Origin: Candidatus Eiseniibacteriota bacterium
GTDB taxonomy: Bacteria; Eisenbacteria; RBG-16-71-46; SZUA-252
Direction of reading: 5' to 3'
Length of the DNA: 64,000 nt
NCBI GenBank assembly: GCA_043779525.1
Contig: JAYWED010000033.1
Coordinates: forward strand, 971-64,970
The notes beneath the pieces are model-generated. The model saw only the letters and a list, made by a program, of their open reading frames with translations. It had not been told where the DNA came from and ran no database searches. Below are positions 36,515 through 47,103 of this stretch, in pieces. Position 1 is the first letter of the stretch. Every line of letters begins with the position of its first letter. Made by a program: the position numbers and the translations under genes.

Positions 36515-36531
36515 CTTGGTCGAACTGCAGA

Positions 36532-36655
36532 CATCCTTCGGGGCGGGGTGAAAGTCCCCACCGGCGGTGAGAGCCCGCGAGCCAGGGTCCTGGACCCTCG
36601 GCAGATCCGGCGAAATTCCGGGGCCGACAGTCAAAGTCTGGATGGGAGAAGGATG
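36532..36655 (+). ncRNA. FMN riboswitch (RFN element)
   Basis: GGGCGGGGTGAAAGTCCCCACCGGCGGT...AGCCCGCGAG...GATCCGGCGAAATTCCGGGGCCGACAGTCAAAGTCTGGATGGGAGAA; P1 CATCCTTC/GAAGGATG; upstream of ribD. Confidence 0.97.
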
Positions 36656-36694
36656 ACCACATGAGTGGAAGCGTCCGGCCTCAGGGCCGCGTGC

Positions 36695-36729
36695 GCCCCG
36701 CGGGTGTCTGCCTGCGGGGTTCTTTTTTT
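36695..36729 (+). terminator. Intrinsic terminator (riboswitch expression platform)
   Basis: GCCCCGCGGG-tgtctg-CCTGCGGGGT followed by TCTTTTTTT. Confidence 0.88.
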
Positions 36730-36735
36730 ATGAGC

Positions 36736-37899
36736 ATGCGGATCTCATCTGTGGGGAAGGTCGAGCCAGGCCGGGCGGTGCCACGCCCCGTCCCGGCGGC
36801 CGAGACCCAGGCGATGCGCGAGGCGATCCGTCTCGCGCGGCGCGGCATCGGAACGACCCACCCAAATCCTCGCGTCGGCGCCGTGATTCTCCGAAACGGA
36901 GAGATCGTGGGCCAGGGCTTTCACGCGCGGGCCGGCGAGGCGCACGCGGAGGTGCGCGCGCTGGAACAGGCCGGAAAGCGCGCCCGCGGGGCCACCCTCG
37001 TCTCCACGCTCGAGCCGTGCGCGCATCAGGGGCGGACCCCGCCCTGCGTCCGGGCGGTTCTCGCGGCGGGTATCCGGCGCGTGGTCGTCGGCATGCGCGA
37101 TCCCAACCCACTGGTGAACGGCCGGGGCCTGAAGGCGCTCCGCGCCGCCGGCGTGGAGATCGTCGAAGGAGTGCGGGCGGAGGAATGCCGCGATCTAAAC
37201 CCGGCCTACTTGAAATTCATGGCCACCGAGCTGCCGTGGATCATGCTCAAGTCCATGGTCTCCTTCGACGGCCGCGTCGCGAGCGAGCGCGGTGATTCGC
37301 GCGGGCTCGGCGGAGACGAGCAGCAGAGGCTCTGTCATGGCCTCCGCGCGCGGCACGATGCCATCCTCGTGGGCATCGGGACCGTGTTACAGGACGACCC
37401 CGAGCTGACCGTGCGGCTGGCCCGGGGCAGGAATCCCCTCCGCGTCGTGCTCGATTCGCGTCTTCGGACTCCACGGGGCTCGCGTCTCGTCCTTTCGGCG
37501 GAGCGGGCGCCCCTGGTCATCGCCACGGTCTCGGAGGACCAGGCGGCGATGGAGGCGCTCACGGCCCGGGGAACCGCGGTCTGGCGCTTTACGCCCGGCC
37601 CCGATGGAAGGGTGCCGCTCTCCGCGATGTTCCGGCGCCTGGCGGCGGAAGGACATCTCTCGATCCTGGTGGAGGGCGGTCCGACCGTGCACACGGCGAT
37701 TCTTCGCGAGGGACTGGCCGATCGCGTGGCGATCGGGATCGCGCCCGTGATCCTGGGAGGAGCGAGCGCTCCCTCGTGGACGCGCGATCTGGGGCTCTCG
37801 CGCCTGGACGAGGGGATCGAGCTCACGTCCCTCGTGACGCGCCGCGTGGGGCGCGACGTCTGGATCGAAGGATCGCTGCGCGGGAGGCGCGATGTTTAG
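36736..37899 (+). CDS. ribD: Bifunctional pyrimidine deaminase/reductase RibD; start uncertain
   Basis: PNPRVGAV, HAE, TLEPCAHQGRTPPC, GIGTVLQDDP, VEGG. Confidence 0.96.
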   Translation: MRISSVGKVEPGRAVPRPVPAAETQAMREAIRLARRGIGTTHPNPRVGAVILRNGEIVGQGFHARAGEAHAEVRALEQAGKRARGATLVSTLEPCAHQGRTPPCVRAVLAAGIRRVVVGMRDPNPLVNGRGLKALRAAGVEIVEGVRAEECRDLNPAYLKFMATELPWIMLKSMVSFDGRVASERGDSRGLGGDEQQRLCHGLRARHDAILVGIGTVLQDDPELTVRLARGRNPLRVVLDSRLRTPRGSRLVLSAERAPLVIATVSEDQAAMEALTARGTAVWRFTPGPDGRVPLSAMFRRLAAEGHLSILVEGGPTVHTAILREGLADRVAIGIAPVILGGASAPSWTRDLGLSRLDEGIELTSLVTRRVGRDVWIEGSLRGRRDV

Positions 37900-38530
37900 C
37901 GGGATCGTCGAGCGGATCGGACGCGTCGAAGGGATCGAGCGCGCGGGAGATGGCGGTGCGCATCTCGCCATCCGCGCGGACTTCGCATCGGTCGTTTCGC
38001 CCGGCGCGAGCGTCGCCGTGAACGGGGTCTGCCTCACCGTGGAGCGCGCGGGGGAGGGCCTGCTCCATGCGACCGCGGTGCCGGAGACGCTTCGCCGGAC
38101 GACGCTTGGCGCGCTCACGCCCGGGGCGAGAATCAACCTCGAGCGGGCGCTCAGGGTCGGTGACGAGATCGGCGGTCACTGGGTCCAGGGACACGTGGAT
38201 GCCATGGGGAGCGTGCGATCGGTGCGCCGAGCCGGATCCGACGTACTGGTGTTCGTCGAGATCCCGGGGCCGCTCCGGCCTTACGTGGCGGTGAAGGGCT
38301 CCCTCGCGCTGGACGGAGTCAGCCTCACGATCGCGGGCTGGGAAGAGCCCTGCGCGGTCGTGGCGCTCGTTCCGTACACCCTGGAGCACACGATCGCGTC
38401 GGACTACGAAGAAGGGAGAGACGTGAACCTGGAGGTGGATCTCATCGCCCGATATCTGGAGCGCCTCGCCGCCTCGCGCGGAATGCTGGCGCCTGCCGGC
38501 GGCGCCCCCGCCGAAGCGGGACGGCCTTGA
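37892..38530 (+). CDS. ribE: Riboflavin synthase (alpha chain)
   Basis: MFSGIVE, SVAVNGVCLT, NLERAL, GGHWVQGHVD, VNLEVD. Confidence 0.96.
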   Translation: MFSGIVERIGRVEGIERAGDGGAHLAIRADFASVVSPGASVAVNGVCLTVERAGEGLLHATAVPETLRRTTLGALTPGARINLERALRVGDEIGGHWVQGHVDAMGSVRSVRRAGSDVLVFVEIPGPLRPYVAVKGSLALDGVSLTIAGWEEPCAVVALVPYTLEHTIASDYEEGRDVNLEVDLIARYLERLAASRGMLAPAGGAPAEAGRP

Positions 38531-39831
38531 AGAACCGGCCTCGCAGGGCTCCGGGCGTCGCCCGGTCCGCCGCCGCCCGTTCGTTCGGCGACATCGAGAC
38601 GGCGCTCCGCCAGATCCGGGCGGGGAAGATGGTCGTCGTGGTGGACGACGAGGACCGGGAGAACGAAGGAGACTTCGTCATGGCCGCCGAGAAGGCGACC
38701 GCGGACGACGTCAACTTCATGGCGCGCGAAGGCCGGGGGCTGATCTGCGTGTCCATGACCGCCTCCAGGCTCGAGTCGCTCGGACTCTCGCTCATGGCGC
38801 CCATCAACACCGCGCGCCACGCGACGCCGTTCACGATCTCCGTGGACCTCCTGCGCGGCACTACGTCGGGATCGTCGGCCCATGACCGCGCGCTCACCAT
38901 TCGCGCGCTCGCGGAACGGAAGACGAAGCCGGAGGAGCTGGCGCGGCCCGGGCACGTGTTTCCGCTCCGCGCCGCGGACGAGGGCGTCCTGAAGCGGCCC
39001 GGCCACACCGAAGCCGCGCTGGACCTGGTGCGTCTCGCGGGATTGGGCTCCGCGGGACTCCTGTGCGAGATCCTCGCTCCCGACGGCCGGATGGCGGACG
39101 GACGCGAGCTGACCCGTCTCGCGCGGCGGCACGACCTGACTCTGATCACGATCCGCGAGCTGATCCACTACCGATACCGGAACGAGAGGCTGGTCAAGCG
39201 CATCGCGACCTCGCGGCTCCCGACCCGTTTCGGAACCTTTCGGGTCGTCGTCTACGAGAGCCTGGTCGACGGCCATCACCACGTCGCGCTCGTCAAGGGT
39301 GCGTCGAGCGGAGGACCGCGGCTGGTTCGCGTGCATTCCCAGTGCCTCACCGGCGACGTCTTCGGCTCGCAGCGCTGCGATTGCGGCGAGCAGCTGGAGG
39401 CGGCGCTGGAGCGCATCGACCGCGAGGGGGCGGGCGCGTTTCTCTACATGAGACAGGAGGGGCGCGGTATCGGCCTCGCGAACAAGCTTCGCGCGTATGA
39501 ATTGCAAGATCTGGGGCTCGACACCGTCGACGCGAATCTCAAGCTGGGCTTCGCGCCCGATCTGCGCGATTACGGCGTGGCCGCCCAGATCCTCCGCGAC
39601 CTCGATATTTCGAAGGTCCGGCTCATGACCAACAATCCGAAGAAGATCGAGGCGCTCCACGACTACGGGATCGAAGTGGTCTCGCGCGAGCCTCTGGAGA
39701 TCGTCCCGAACGCGTCGAACGCGCGGTACCTGGCCACCAAGCGCGAGCGACTCGGGCACCTCCTGGAGCGGACGGCCTCCTCCGGCGCCCGCCCGGGGCG
39801 CGGGAACGGGAAGCGGGTGCTCCCGGCATGA
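38527..39831 (+). CDS. ribBA: DHBP synthase / GTP cyclohydrolase II
   Basis: [55 protein letters not shown]. Confidence 0.97.
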   Translation: MKNRPRRAPGVARSAAARSFGDIETALRQIRAGKMVVVVDDEDRENEGDFVMAAEKATADDVNFMAREGRGLICVSMTASRLESLGLSLMAPINTARHATPFTISVDLLRGTTSGSSAHDRALTIRALAERKTKPEELARPGHVFPLRAADEGVLKRPGHTEAALDLVRLAGLGSAGLLCEILAPDGRMADGRELTRLARRHDLTLITIRELIHYRYRNERLVKRIATSRLPTRFGTFRVVVYESLVDGHHHVALVKGASSGGPRLVRVHSQCLTGDVFGSQRCDCGEQLEAALERIDREGAGAFLYMRQEGRGIGLANKLRAYELQDLGLDTVDANLKLGFAPDLRDYGVAAQILRDLDISKVRLMTNNPKKIEALHDYGIEVVSREPLEIVPNASNARYLATKRERLGHLLERTASSGARPGRGNGKRVLPA

Positions 39832-40364
39832 GCCGCGCACCTCTCCGCGCGCCGGCGCGAGCCGGGTTCACGCCCGCGGCCGGTCCGCGCGTGCTCGAGG
39901 GATCGCTCGACGGCGCGGGTCTCAGGGTGGCCGTCCTCTTATCCAGATTTAACGAGGTCGTCGGAAACCGTCTCCTCGACGGCGCCGTCGCCGCGCTCGC
40001 GCGGCGGGGGGTGAGATCGCGCGACGTCCTGGTCGTGAAGGTGCCGGGAGCCTTCGAGCTTCCATCCGTCGCGCGCCGCCTCGCGCGATCGGGACGTCAT
40101 GACGCCATCGTCTGCCTGGGCGCCGTCGTGCGCGGCGAGACGCCTCATTTCGACTACGTCGCCGGCGAGGCCTCGCGAGGGATCGCGCGCGTCTCCTACG
40201 AGACCGGCGTGCCGGTGCTCTTCGGCGTGCTGACCGCGGACACCGTGGAGCAGGCGCTCGACCGCGCGGGCGGCAAGCATGGGAACAAGGGTGTCGAGGC
40301 CGCCGAGGGCGCGGTGGAGATGGCGCGGCTGGTCCGCGCGCTCGGCGCGAGAGGGAAGCGGTGA
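39828..40364 (+). CDS. ribH: 6,7-dimethyl-8-ribityllumazine synthase
   Basis: [30 protein letters not shown]. Confidence 0.97.
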   Translation: MSRAPLRAPARAGFTPAAGPRVLEGSLDGAGLRVAVLLSRFNEVVGNRLLDGAVAALARRGVRSRDVLVVKVPGAFELPSVARRLARSGRHDAIVCLGAVVRGETPHFDYVAGEASRGIARVSYETGVPVLFGVLTADTVEQALDRAGGKHGNKGVEAAEGAVEMARLVRALGARGKR

Positions 40365-40780
40365 GCCGCCGCCGGCACGCGCGAGAGCTGGCGTTCCGCG
40401 CCGCGTATCAGGCGGACGTTACCGGAGATCCGATCGAGCGGTGCCTTCAGGAGATTCTCGAGGATCTGGAGGAGGAGGCCGACGCCGAGGCTCGAGGCTT
40501 CGCCGGGGCGCTCGTGTCCACGCTCGCCGAGCACCAGCCGGAGATCGACGCGGAGGTGTCCCGCATCGCCAAGAACTGGTCGCTCGCGCGCATGGCCGCC
40601 ACCGACCGCTCGGTGATCCGGCTCGCCGCGGCGGAGCTTCTCTACCACGTCGAGGTGCCGGTGCGGGTTACGCTTGACGAAGCGATCGAAATCGCCAAGA
40701 AATACGGCATGGAAACCTCCGGCGCCTTCGTGAACGGCATCCTGGACCGGCTGGCCCACGACGCGCGGCCCTCAGGATGA
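40361..40780 (+). CDS. nusB: Transcription antitermination factor NusB
   Basis: [35 protein letters not shown]. Confidence 0.96.
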   Translation: MSRRRHARELAFRAAYQADVTGDPIERCLQEILEDLEEEADAEARGFAGALVSTLAEHQPEIDAEVSRIAKNWSLARMAATDRSVIRLAAAELLYHVEVPVRVTLDEAIEIAKKYGMETSGAFVNGILDRLAHDARPSG

Positions 40781-41502
40781 AGACCGCCATTATCTCCGAC
40801 GTTCACGCCAATCTCGAAGCCCTGCAGGCGGTCCTCAAGGCGGTCGACGAGCGCGGCGCGAGCCGGATCCTTTGCTTAGGCGACGTGGTCGGCTACGGTG
40901 GAAGCCCGAACGAGTGTCTGAACCTGGTCCGGGAGCGCTGCCAGATGGTGCTTCTGGGCAACCACGACTCCGCCGCGAGCGGTGGCGGGGAGGCCGCGCG
41001 CTTCAACCCGAACGCGAAGGCGGCGGCGCTCTGGACCGCCAAGGTGCTCACGCACGAGAATCGCGACTACCTCCGCGGGCTCGCGCTCTCACGGCATGTG
41101 GAGCCTTATTTCTACGTGCACGCCTCGCCGGCGGCCCCCAGGGATTGGGAGTACATCTTCGACCGGTTCGACGCCGAGCCCCAGTTCCAGTTCTTCACCG
41201 AGCACGCGTGCTTCATCGGGCATACGCACCAGCCCGCCATTTTCGAGCGCTCCGCTTCGGGCTGCGCGTCTCTTCCCCCGGACCCGCTCCGGTTCGATCC
41301 GATGCGTCGCTACATCGTGAACGTCGGGAGCGTCGGGCAGCCGCGCGACCACGACCCGCGGGCGTGTTTCGTCATCCTGAGCGGGCCCGAGGGCGCGATC
41401 GAGCACGTCCGCGTGCCGTACGACATCGAGGCCTCTCAGGAGAAGATTCGCGCCGCCAGCCTCCCTCCCGTTCTCGCCTCGCGGCTCACGACCGGCGAGT
41501 AG
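40777..41502 (+). CDS. Metallophosphoesterase family protein
   Basis: SDVHAN, LGDVVGYG, GNHD, GHTH, NVGSVGQPRD. Confidence 0.94.
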   Translation: MKTAIISDVHANLEALQAVLKAVDERGASRILCLGDVVGYGGSPNECLNLVRERCQMVLLGNHDSAASGGGEAARFNPNAKAAALWTAKVLTHENRDYLRGLALSRHVEPYFYVHASPAAPRDWEYIFDRFDAEPQFQFFTEHACFIGHTHQPAIFERSASGCASLPPDPLRFDPMRRYIVNVGSVGQPRDHDPRACFVILSGPEGAIEHVRVPYDIEASQEKIRAASLPPVLASRLTTGE

Positions 41503-41505
41503 CGC

Positions 41506-42309
41506 GTGCGGAAATCCACCGAAGCCCACTGGACGCGCTTCTGGCGCGAGCGCACCGCGATCGACGACGTGTATCCGACCGAGGGCCGCGTCGTGGAAGA
41601 GATCCTCGCCGAGACGTCCGTGCGCGGGAAGCGGGTCCTCGAGGTCGGGGCAGGCTCGGGGCGCGACAGCGTCACGCTGGCGGCGGCCGGCGCGACCGCG
41701 ATCCTGCTCGACTATTCCGTAGCCTCGCTCGAGGTGGCGAGGGGCGTGGCGCAGCGGGCGGGTCAGCGCGTGCACCTGGTCCGGGCGGATGCGCTCCGGA
41801 TGCCGTTTCGGGACCGCGACATCGAAGTCGTGTTCCATCAGGGGCTCCTCGAGCACTTCCGCGATCCGAAGCCGCTCCTCCGCGAGAACGTGCGCGTGCT
41901 CCGCTCCGGAGGCATCCTGCTCGTGGACGTTCCCCAGCGGTTCCACATGTACACCGTGCTCAAACATTTTCTGATCGCGCTCGGCAGGTGGTTCGCGGGC
42001 TGGGAGACGGAATTCACGATCGACCAGCTCGAGGGCCTCATGAGAGAGGCCGGGGTCACCGTGACCCGCCGCTACGGGAGTTGGATGGTTCCGGGCCTTC
42101 TCTACCGCTCGATCCGGGTCGTGCTGCTTCGTTCCCGCGTCGCACGGCTGCCGCTCTATCCTCCTCCTCTTCCGGTCCTCTCCCGTGTGGCCTCCGCGGC
42201 CCGCGCGCGATTCCGGAACACGCGGATGTCCTTCTATACGTACTTTGTCATCGGGGCGCTGGGACGAAAACCGGCGGATCCGCCCCGCTCCGGTGTTCCA
42301 GTCGGTTGA
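41506..42309 (+). CDS. Class I SAM-dependent methyltransferase
   Basis: VLEVGAGSG, ADALRMPF, GLLEHF, LRSGG. Confidence 0.92.
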   Translation: MRKSTEAHWTRFWRERTAIDDVYPTEGRVVEEILAETSVRGKRVLEVGAGSGRDSVTLAAAGATAILLDYSVASLEVARGVAQRAGQRVHLVRADALRMPFRDRDIEVVFHQGLLEHFRDPKPLLRENVRVLRSGGILLVDVPQRFHMYTVLKHFLIALGRWFAGWETEFTIDQLEGLMREAGVTVTRRYGSWMVPGLLYRSIRVVLLRSRVARLPLYPPPLPVLSRVASAARARFRNTRMSFYTYFVIGALGRKPADPPRSGVPVG

Positions 42310-43424
42310 GGATCCTCGCGTTCAACTGGAGGGATCCCACCCACCCGGAGGCCGGCGGGGCGGAGCTGCATCTCTCGGAGATCCTGACCCGGGCGGTGGG
42401 TGACGGCGACGAGGTGACGTGGCTCTCGGAGGCCTATCCCGGCTCCGAGCCGGAGGAGCGGTTCCGGGGCATGCGAATCCTGCGCGGGGGATCGTGGTAC
42501 AATGCGCATCTTGCTCTGGCCCAGCTCTACCGGCGGAGGCTTCGGGGGGAGCGATTTGATCTCGTTCTTGAAGACATCAACAAGGTTCCGTTCTTCACGC
42601 CCTGCTACGTCCGGGCCCCCGTGCTCGCCGTGGTGCCGCATCTGTTCGGCGCCACCGTGTTCCGGGAGGCTTCGCCTGCCGTCGGGGGCCTCGTGTGGGC
42701 GCACGAGAGCTTGATTCCACTCGTGTATCGAGACGTTCCCTTTCTGGCGATCTCCGAGAGCACGCGAAACGATCTCGTGCGCCGGGGAATTCCGCGCGAT
42801 CACATCGACGTGGTGCGCTGCGGCCTGGAGCAGAGCGCCTACTCGGTGACGCTGCCGCCCGAGAGCCGCGAACGCCCCGTCATCGCGTTCGTCGGAAGGC
42901 TCCGGAAGTACAAGGGGGCGCAGTACGTCATCCGAGCGCTCCCGCGCGTCATGAGCCGCGTGCCCGGCGCGCGCCTCACGATCGTGGGGGACGGCCCTTA
43001 TCGTGAATCCCTCCAATCCCTCGCCCGATCGCTCCGGATCGAGGGTCGTGTTGAGTTCCTGGGCCTGCTCAGCCATCCGCACAAGGTTGAAGCCCTGAAC
43101 CAGGCCATGGTGGCCGTCGCGCCCTCGCCCAAAGAGGGATGGGGCCTCACCGTCATCGAGGCCAACGCCTGCGGCACGCCTGTGGTGGCGAGCCTCAGTC
43201 CGGGCCTCATCGAATCGGTTCGGGACGGCGAGACCGGCATCCTGGTCCCGCACGGAGACGTGGACGCGCTGGCGGACGCGATCGCGAAGCTTCTCACGGA
43301 TCGGCCCTTGAGACTTGCGATGTCCGAGGCGGGCCTCCGCTGGGCCCGCGAATTCACCTGGGACCGCTGCTATCGCGACAGCCGCGCCGTGATGGAACGG
43401 GCTGCGGGAGCGGCCGCGGCGTGA
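42306..43424 (+). CDS. Glycosyltransferase family 4
   Basis: NWRD..HPEAGGAE, VGRLRKYKG, EGWGLTVIEANACGTP; TTGA overlap. Confidence 0.93.
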   Translation: MRILAFNWRDPTHPEAGGAELHLSEILTRAVGDGDEVTWLSEAYPGSEPEERFRGMRILRGGSWYNAHLALAQLYRRRLRGERFDLVLEDINKVPFFTPCYVRAPVLAVVPHLFGATVFREASPAVGGLVWAHESLIPLVYRDVPFLAISESTRNDLVRRGIPRDHIDVVRCGLEQSAYSVTLPPESRERPVIAFVGRLRKYKGAQYVIRALPRVMSRVPGARLTIVGDGPYRESLQSLARSLRIEGRVEFLGLLSHPHKVEALNQAMVAVAPSPKEGWGLTVIEANACGTPVVASLSPGLIESVRDGETGILVPHGDVDALADAIAKLLTDRPLRLAMSEAGLRWAREFTWDRCYRDSRAVMERAAGAAAA

Positions 43425-44494
43425 GCGACGGCTCGAAATCCATGCTCGGCAGGCTCAAGGTCCCGCTCATCATCTTGAAAATTCTCCTGAGCGTGCTTCT
43501 CTTCGCCTACGTCGTCGCCAAGGTCTCGCCTCGCAACGTGTGGGGCACGATGAAGCTTGCCGATCCGTCCCTGCTCGCGGCGGCGGCGGCGCTCTTTCTC
43601 CTTTCGAGCCTGATCGGGAGCTGGCTCTGGGCCAGGCTCCTGCGCGCCCAGGGGGTCTCGATTCCCTATCCCAAGGCGGCGTCGTATTACTTCGTCGGGC
43701 TCTTCTTCAACAATTTCCTTCCCTCCAATATCGGAGGCGACATCGCGCGGATATCCGACGCGTCCAAGCACGCCGCCCACGTGAGCCCCGTCTTCTCGGC
43801 GACCCTGATGGACCGTCTGATCGGCGTCGTGTCGATCGGATTTCTCGCGGTCGTCGCTTCGGTCGCGGTTCTGGACCGGCTCCATCTGTACGCCATCTAC
43901 TGGGCCACGCTCGCCATGTTCCTCCTGGCGGTCGCGTTCTTCGCGACCATCTTCAACCGGGGCATTCTCGAGGCGTTCGAGCGTCCGTTCCGGGCGATCG
44001 GCGCCCAGCGAGTCGAGCGCGCCATCGCCCGGATCATGGACGACCTGCATGGATTCCGGAGCCAGGGCGGCGCGCTCACCGCCGCGTTCGTCGCGTCCAC
44101 GCTGGTCCAGATCAGCCGGATCTACGTCCACTATCTCGTGGGGGTCGCCCTGGGGGTCCGGATCTCGATCGCGTATTACTTCCTCTTCGTTCCGGTGCTC
44201 GCCGCGCTCATCTCCCTCCCGATCTCCCTGAACGGTCTCGGAGTGCGCGAGGGAGCGGCCGTCGTTCTGTTCCAGATGGCCGGCCTCACGCGGGAGCAAT
44301 CGTTCTCGATCCCGTTTCTCACGTACATCGTTTCGGTCCTCATCAGCCTGCTCGGGGGCCTCATCTTCATCTCCCGCACGCCGCGCCGCGCCATCGGAAA
44401 GCGCCTCGAGCGGCGCAAGCTGGAGCGCGCCGGAGGTGACGGAGCGCGCCATCGAGCCGAGCCGGCCGCCGCCCCCCGGGGGAGGCGCGCGTGA
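43421..44494 (+). CDS. Flippase-like / lysylphosphatidylglycerol synthase TM domain protein
   Basis: YFVGLFFNNFLPSNIGGD..R, DRLIG, LPISLNGLGVRE. Confidence 0.9.
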   Translation: MSDGSKSMLGRLKVPLIILKILLSVLLFAYVVAKVSPRNVWGTMKLADPSLLAAAAALFLLSSLIGSWLWARLLRAQGVSIPYPKAASYYFVGLFFNNFLPSNIGGDIARISDASKHAAHVSPVFSATLMDRLIGVVSIGFLAVVASVAVLDRLHLYAIYWATLAMFLLAVAFFATIFNRGILEAFERPFRAIGAQRVERAIARIMDDLHGFRSQGGALTAAFVASTLVQISRIYVHYLVGVALGVRISIAYYFLFVPVLAALISLPISLNGLGVREGAAVVLFQMAGLTREQSFSIPFLTYIVSVLISLLGGLIFISRTPRRAIGKRLERRKLERAGGDGARHRAEPAAAPRGRRA

Positions 44495-47097
44495 CCTGGT
44501 CCAAGCGCTGGCACTGGATCGCGGCGGCGCTCGCCCTGGGCGTGCCCCTGTTCGTCTACATCCGCACGCTCACGCCGACCGTGCCGTTCTGGGATTCGGG
44601 AGAGTTCATCGCGACCTCCTACATCCTGGGGCTGCCGCATCCGCCGGGGAATCCGGTCTACACGATGCTGGGCCGGATGATGAGCCTGATCCCGATCGGC
44701 CCCGTCGCGTGGAAGGTGAATTTCATGAGTGCCCTGGCCTCGGCGCTCGCGGCGTTCTTCACCTTCCTCATCGTCGTGCGCACGATCCGGCGCTGGTACG
44801 CGGATCTGCCGATGAGCCCCGCCCGGCAGCTCGCGTGTCTGGTGGGGGGACTGACGGCCGCCTTCTTCGTCGCGTTTTCCAATTCCTTCTGGGACAGCGC
44901 CATCGAGGCCGAGGTCTATTCTCTGTCCTCGTTCCTGGTCGTGTTCAGCACCTGGCTGGCGTTCAACTGGTGGGACCATCTGGGCGAGACTGCCAACGAC
45001 CGGATGCTGGTGTTGATCGTCTACCTCCTGTCGATCTCCGCCGCGGTGCACCTGGGAACCATCCTCGTCGCGCCCGGACTCCTCGTCCTGTTCGTCCTCG
45101 CGCGCCCGCACTATTTCAAGACCGGACGGTTCTGGGCGTCGGCCGCCCTGCTCGGCGGGTTCGTGCTCTTTCTCTGGTACAACGAATTCTCCGCCGACGT
45201 GGACGTCCCGCTGCCGTTGATCCTCATGCTCCTCGCGGTGCTGTGCGTGGTGTACGCGCTCAATCGCAAGAAGCTCCTGAAGAACAACCTCTTCACCTGG
45301 TGGACCATCGCCCTGGTGATCGGCTTCTCGGTTCAGCTCTTCCTCCTCGTCCGGAGCCAGCAGCATCCGGCCGTGAACGAGGGCGCGCCGGAAACGTTCA
45401 ACACGTGGAAGGACTATCTGCTGCGCAAGCAGTACGGCCCCTCGAACCCCTTCGAGCGGCGAGCCGACGTCTGGTTCCAGATCAACCACATGTACCTCCG
45501 GTACGTGGGCCTGCAGTTCCGGCTGACGGACGGCTTCGGGCCCTTCGGCCCGAGCTCCTTCTGGGTGATGGCCGTGAACGCGATCCCTTACCTCCTGCTC
45601 GCGATCGGGGCGTGGTGGAACTGGACCCGCGACAAGGCGACCTTCTGGTTCTTCCTGGCCCAGAACCTGATCATGGGTCCCGCGCTCGTCTTCTATCTCA
45701 ACTTCACCGATCACGAGGTGCGCGAGCGCGATTATTTCTTCACCAACTCCTATCACTTCATCGCGATCTGGATGGGGATGGGCGCCGCGGGAGTTCTGGA
45801 CTGGCTCGGGCGCGCGTTCGAGCCCGCCCAGGTCCCCGTGCCGCTGGCCGCACCCGGCGCGGCGCCGCCGGCCGCACCCGGTGCGGCGCCGTTCGGCGGG
45901 GAGCGGGCCGGTATCTGGATCGGGGCCGCCGCCCTGATCGGGATCTCGCTCCTGCCGGCCAAGGAGGGCTGGTATGAGCACGACCGGTCGGGCTTCTACA
46001 TCGCCCACGATTACGCCTACAACATGCTCACGCCGCTCGCGCCGAACGCGCTCGTGATGACGAACGGGGATAACGACACCTTCCCGCTCTGGTACATCCA
46101 GGAAGTGGAGCGCGTGCGCCGGGACGTGCGCGTGGTGAACCTGAGCCTTCTCAACACTCCGTGGTACATCAAGCAGCTCCGCGACCAGGAGCCCAAGGTG
46201 CCGTTCACGTTTACCGACGCCCAGCTCGACGCCATCCAGCCCTACCAGGACGAGAAGACGGGGAAGGTCGTCTGGGTCAAAGATCAGGCCGTGGCCGACA
46301 TGATGAAGGCCAACCAGTGGAAGAAGCCTGTCTATCTCGCCGTCACCGTTCCGGAGCAGCTCGGATACGAGAAGAATCTCACCCTGGAAGGCCTCGTATT
46401 CCGGATCGAGCAGCACGAGGTGGCCGATCACGCCGTCGACGCCGGCAAGACGCTCGACAATCTCTACCACGTGTTCCGCTACGGCGGCCTTCTGGACAAG
46501 AATCGGAACTACGACCGGTCCGTGTACAAGGACGACAATGCCTACAAGCTGGTGCAGAACTACAGCGCGGCGCACGTGCAGGTCGCCTACCAGCTCCAGC
46601 AGAAAGGGCAGAACCAGGACGCGCTTCGCGTGCTCCGGGACGCCGTGAAGATGACGCCCGATTTCCCCGGCCTCCTGGAGTATCTCGGCAAGTCCTACCA
46701 GGACATGGGGGACACCACTTCGGCGGAGCACGTCTTCCAGGACGCGCAGAAGCGTTTCCCGAACGCGGCCGAGTTCCATTTCCACCTGGGCGTGATCCAC
46801 TGGCAGAGAGGGCACAGGCAGCGGCGCGCGGATCTGGTCGAGCAGGGTCTCGCGGAGCTCAGGCGCGCGTGCGAGCTGGACCAGCGCTACTTCGATTGGT
46901 TCGGCGGCCTCTTCAGCGCGCTCTGGCTGGAGGGCCGCAAGCAGGAGGCCGTGGACGTGCTGCGAACCTGGTCGCGCGCGCACCCGGAGGATCCGCAGGG
47001 CCAGGCCTGGCTCCAGACGTACGAGGACTCGCTGCGCGTGCTCCAGGGCGGCGCCCCGCTGAAGGCAGCGCGCCCGCCCGCGGCCCGAGGGCGCTGA
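44491..47097 (+). CDS. DUF2723 / TMEM260-like GT-C glycosyltransferase with C-terminal TPR
   Basis: PTVPFWDSGEF, HPPG.P, EAEVY, ERDYFF, NGDNDTFPLWY.QEVE, NLSLLNT.WY. Confidence 0.9.
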   Translation: MTWSKRWHWIAAALALGVPLFVYIRTLTPTVPFWDSGEFIATSYILGLPHPPGNPVYTMLGRMMSLIPIGPVAWKVNFMSALASALAAFFTFLIVVRTIRRWYADLPMSPARQLACLVGGLTAAFFVAFSNSFWDSAIEAEVYSLSSFLVVFSTWLAFNWWDHLGETANDRMLVLIVYLLSISAAVHLGTILVAPGLLVLFVLARPHYFKTGRFWASAALLGGFVLFLWYNEFSADVDVPLPLILMLLAVLCVVYALNRKKLLKNNLFTWWTIALVIGFSVQLFLLVRSQQHPAVNEGAPETFNTWKDYLLRKQYGPSNPFERRADVWFQINHMYLRYVGLQFRLTDGFGPFGPSSFWVMAVNAIPYLLLAIGAWWNWTRDKATFWFFLAQNLIMGPALVFYLNFTDHEVRERDYFFTNSYHFIAIWMGMGAAGVLDWLGRAFEPAQVPVPLAAPGAAPPAAPGAAPFGGERAGIWIGAAALIGISLLPAKEGWYEHDRSGFYIAHDYAYNMLTPLAPNALVMTNGDNDTFPLWYIQEVERVRRDVRVVNLSLLNTPWYIKQLRDQEPKVPFTFTDAQLDAIQPYQDEKTGKVVWVKDQAVADMMKANQWKKPVYLAVTVPEQLGYEKNLTLEGLVFRIEQHEVADHAVDAGKTLDNLYHVFRYGGLLDKNRNYDRSVYKDDNAYKLVQNYSAAHVQVAYQLQQKGQNQDALRVLRDAVKMTPDFPGLLEYLGKSYQDMGDTTSAEHVFQDAQKRFPNAAEFHFHLGVIHWQRGHRQRRADLVEQGLAELRRACELDQRYFDWFGGLFSALWLEGRKQEAVDVLRTWSRAHPEDPQGQAWLQTYEDSLRVLQGGAPLKAARPPAARGR
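45847..45891 (+). repeat. 24-nt tandem duplication (AAPGAAP x2) in a DUF2723 loop
   Basis: GCCGCACCCGGCGCGGCGCCG at 45847 and GCCGCACCCGGTGCGGCGCCG at 45871. Confidence 0.7.
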
Positions 47098-47103
47098 CGA
47101 CCC

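Noticed and set aside
36661-36735. ribD start at ATG 36661
   Set aside because: Lies within the riboswitch expression platform, upstream of the terminator.
40872-42305. 850-aa GT4 fusion (likewise the 1179-aa ORF at 56617 and the 727-aa ORF at 60062)
   Set aside because: The N-terminal parts are off-frame reads of overlapping real genes; true starts are 42306, 57949 and 61136.
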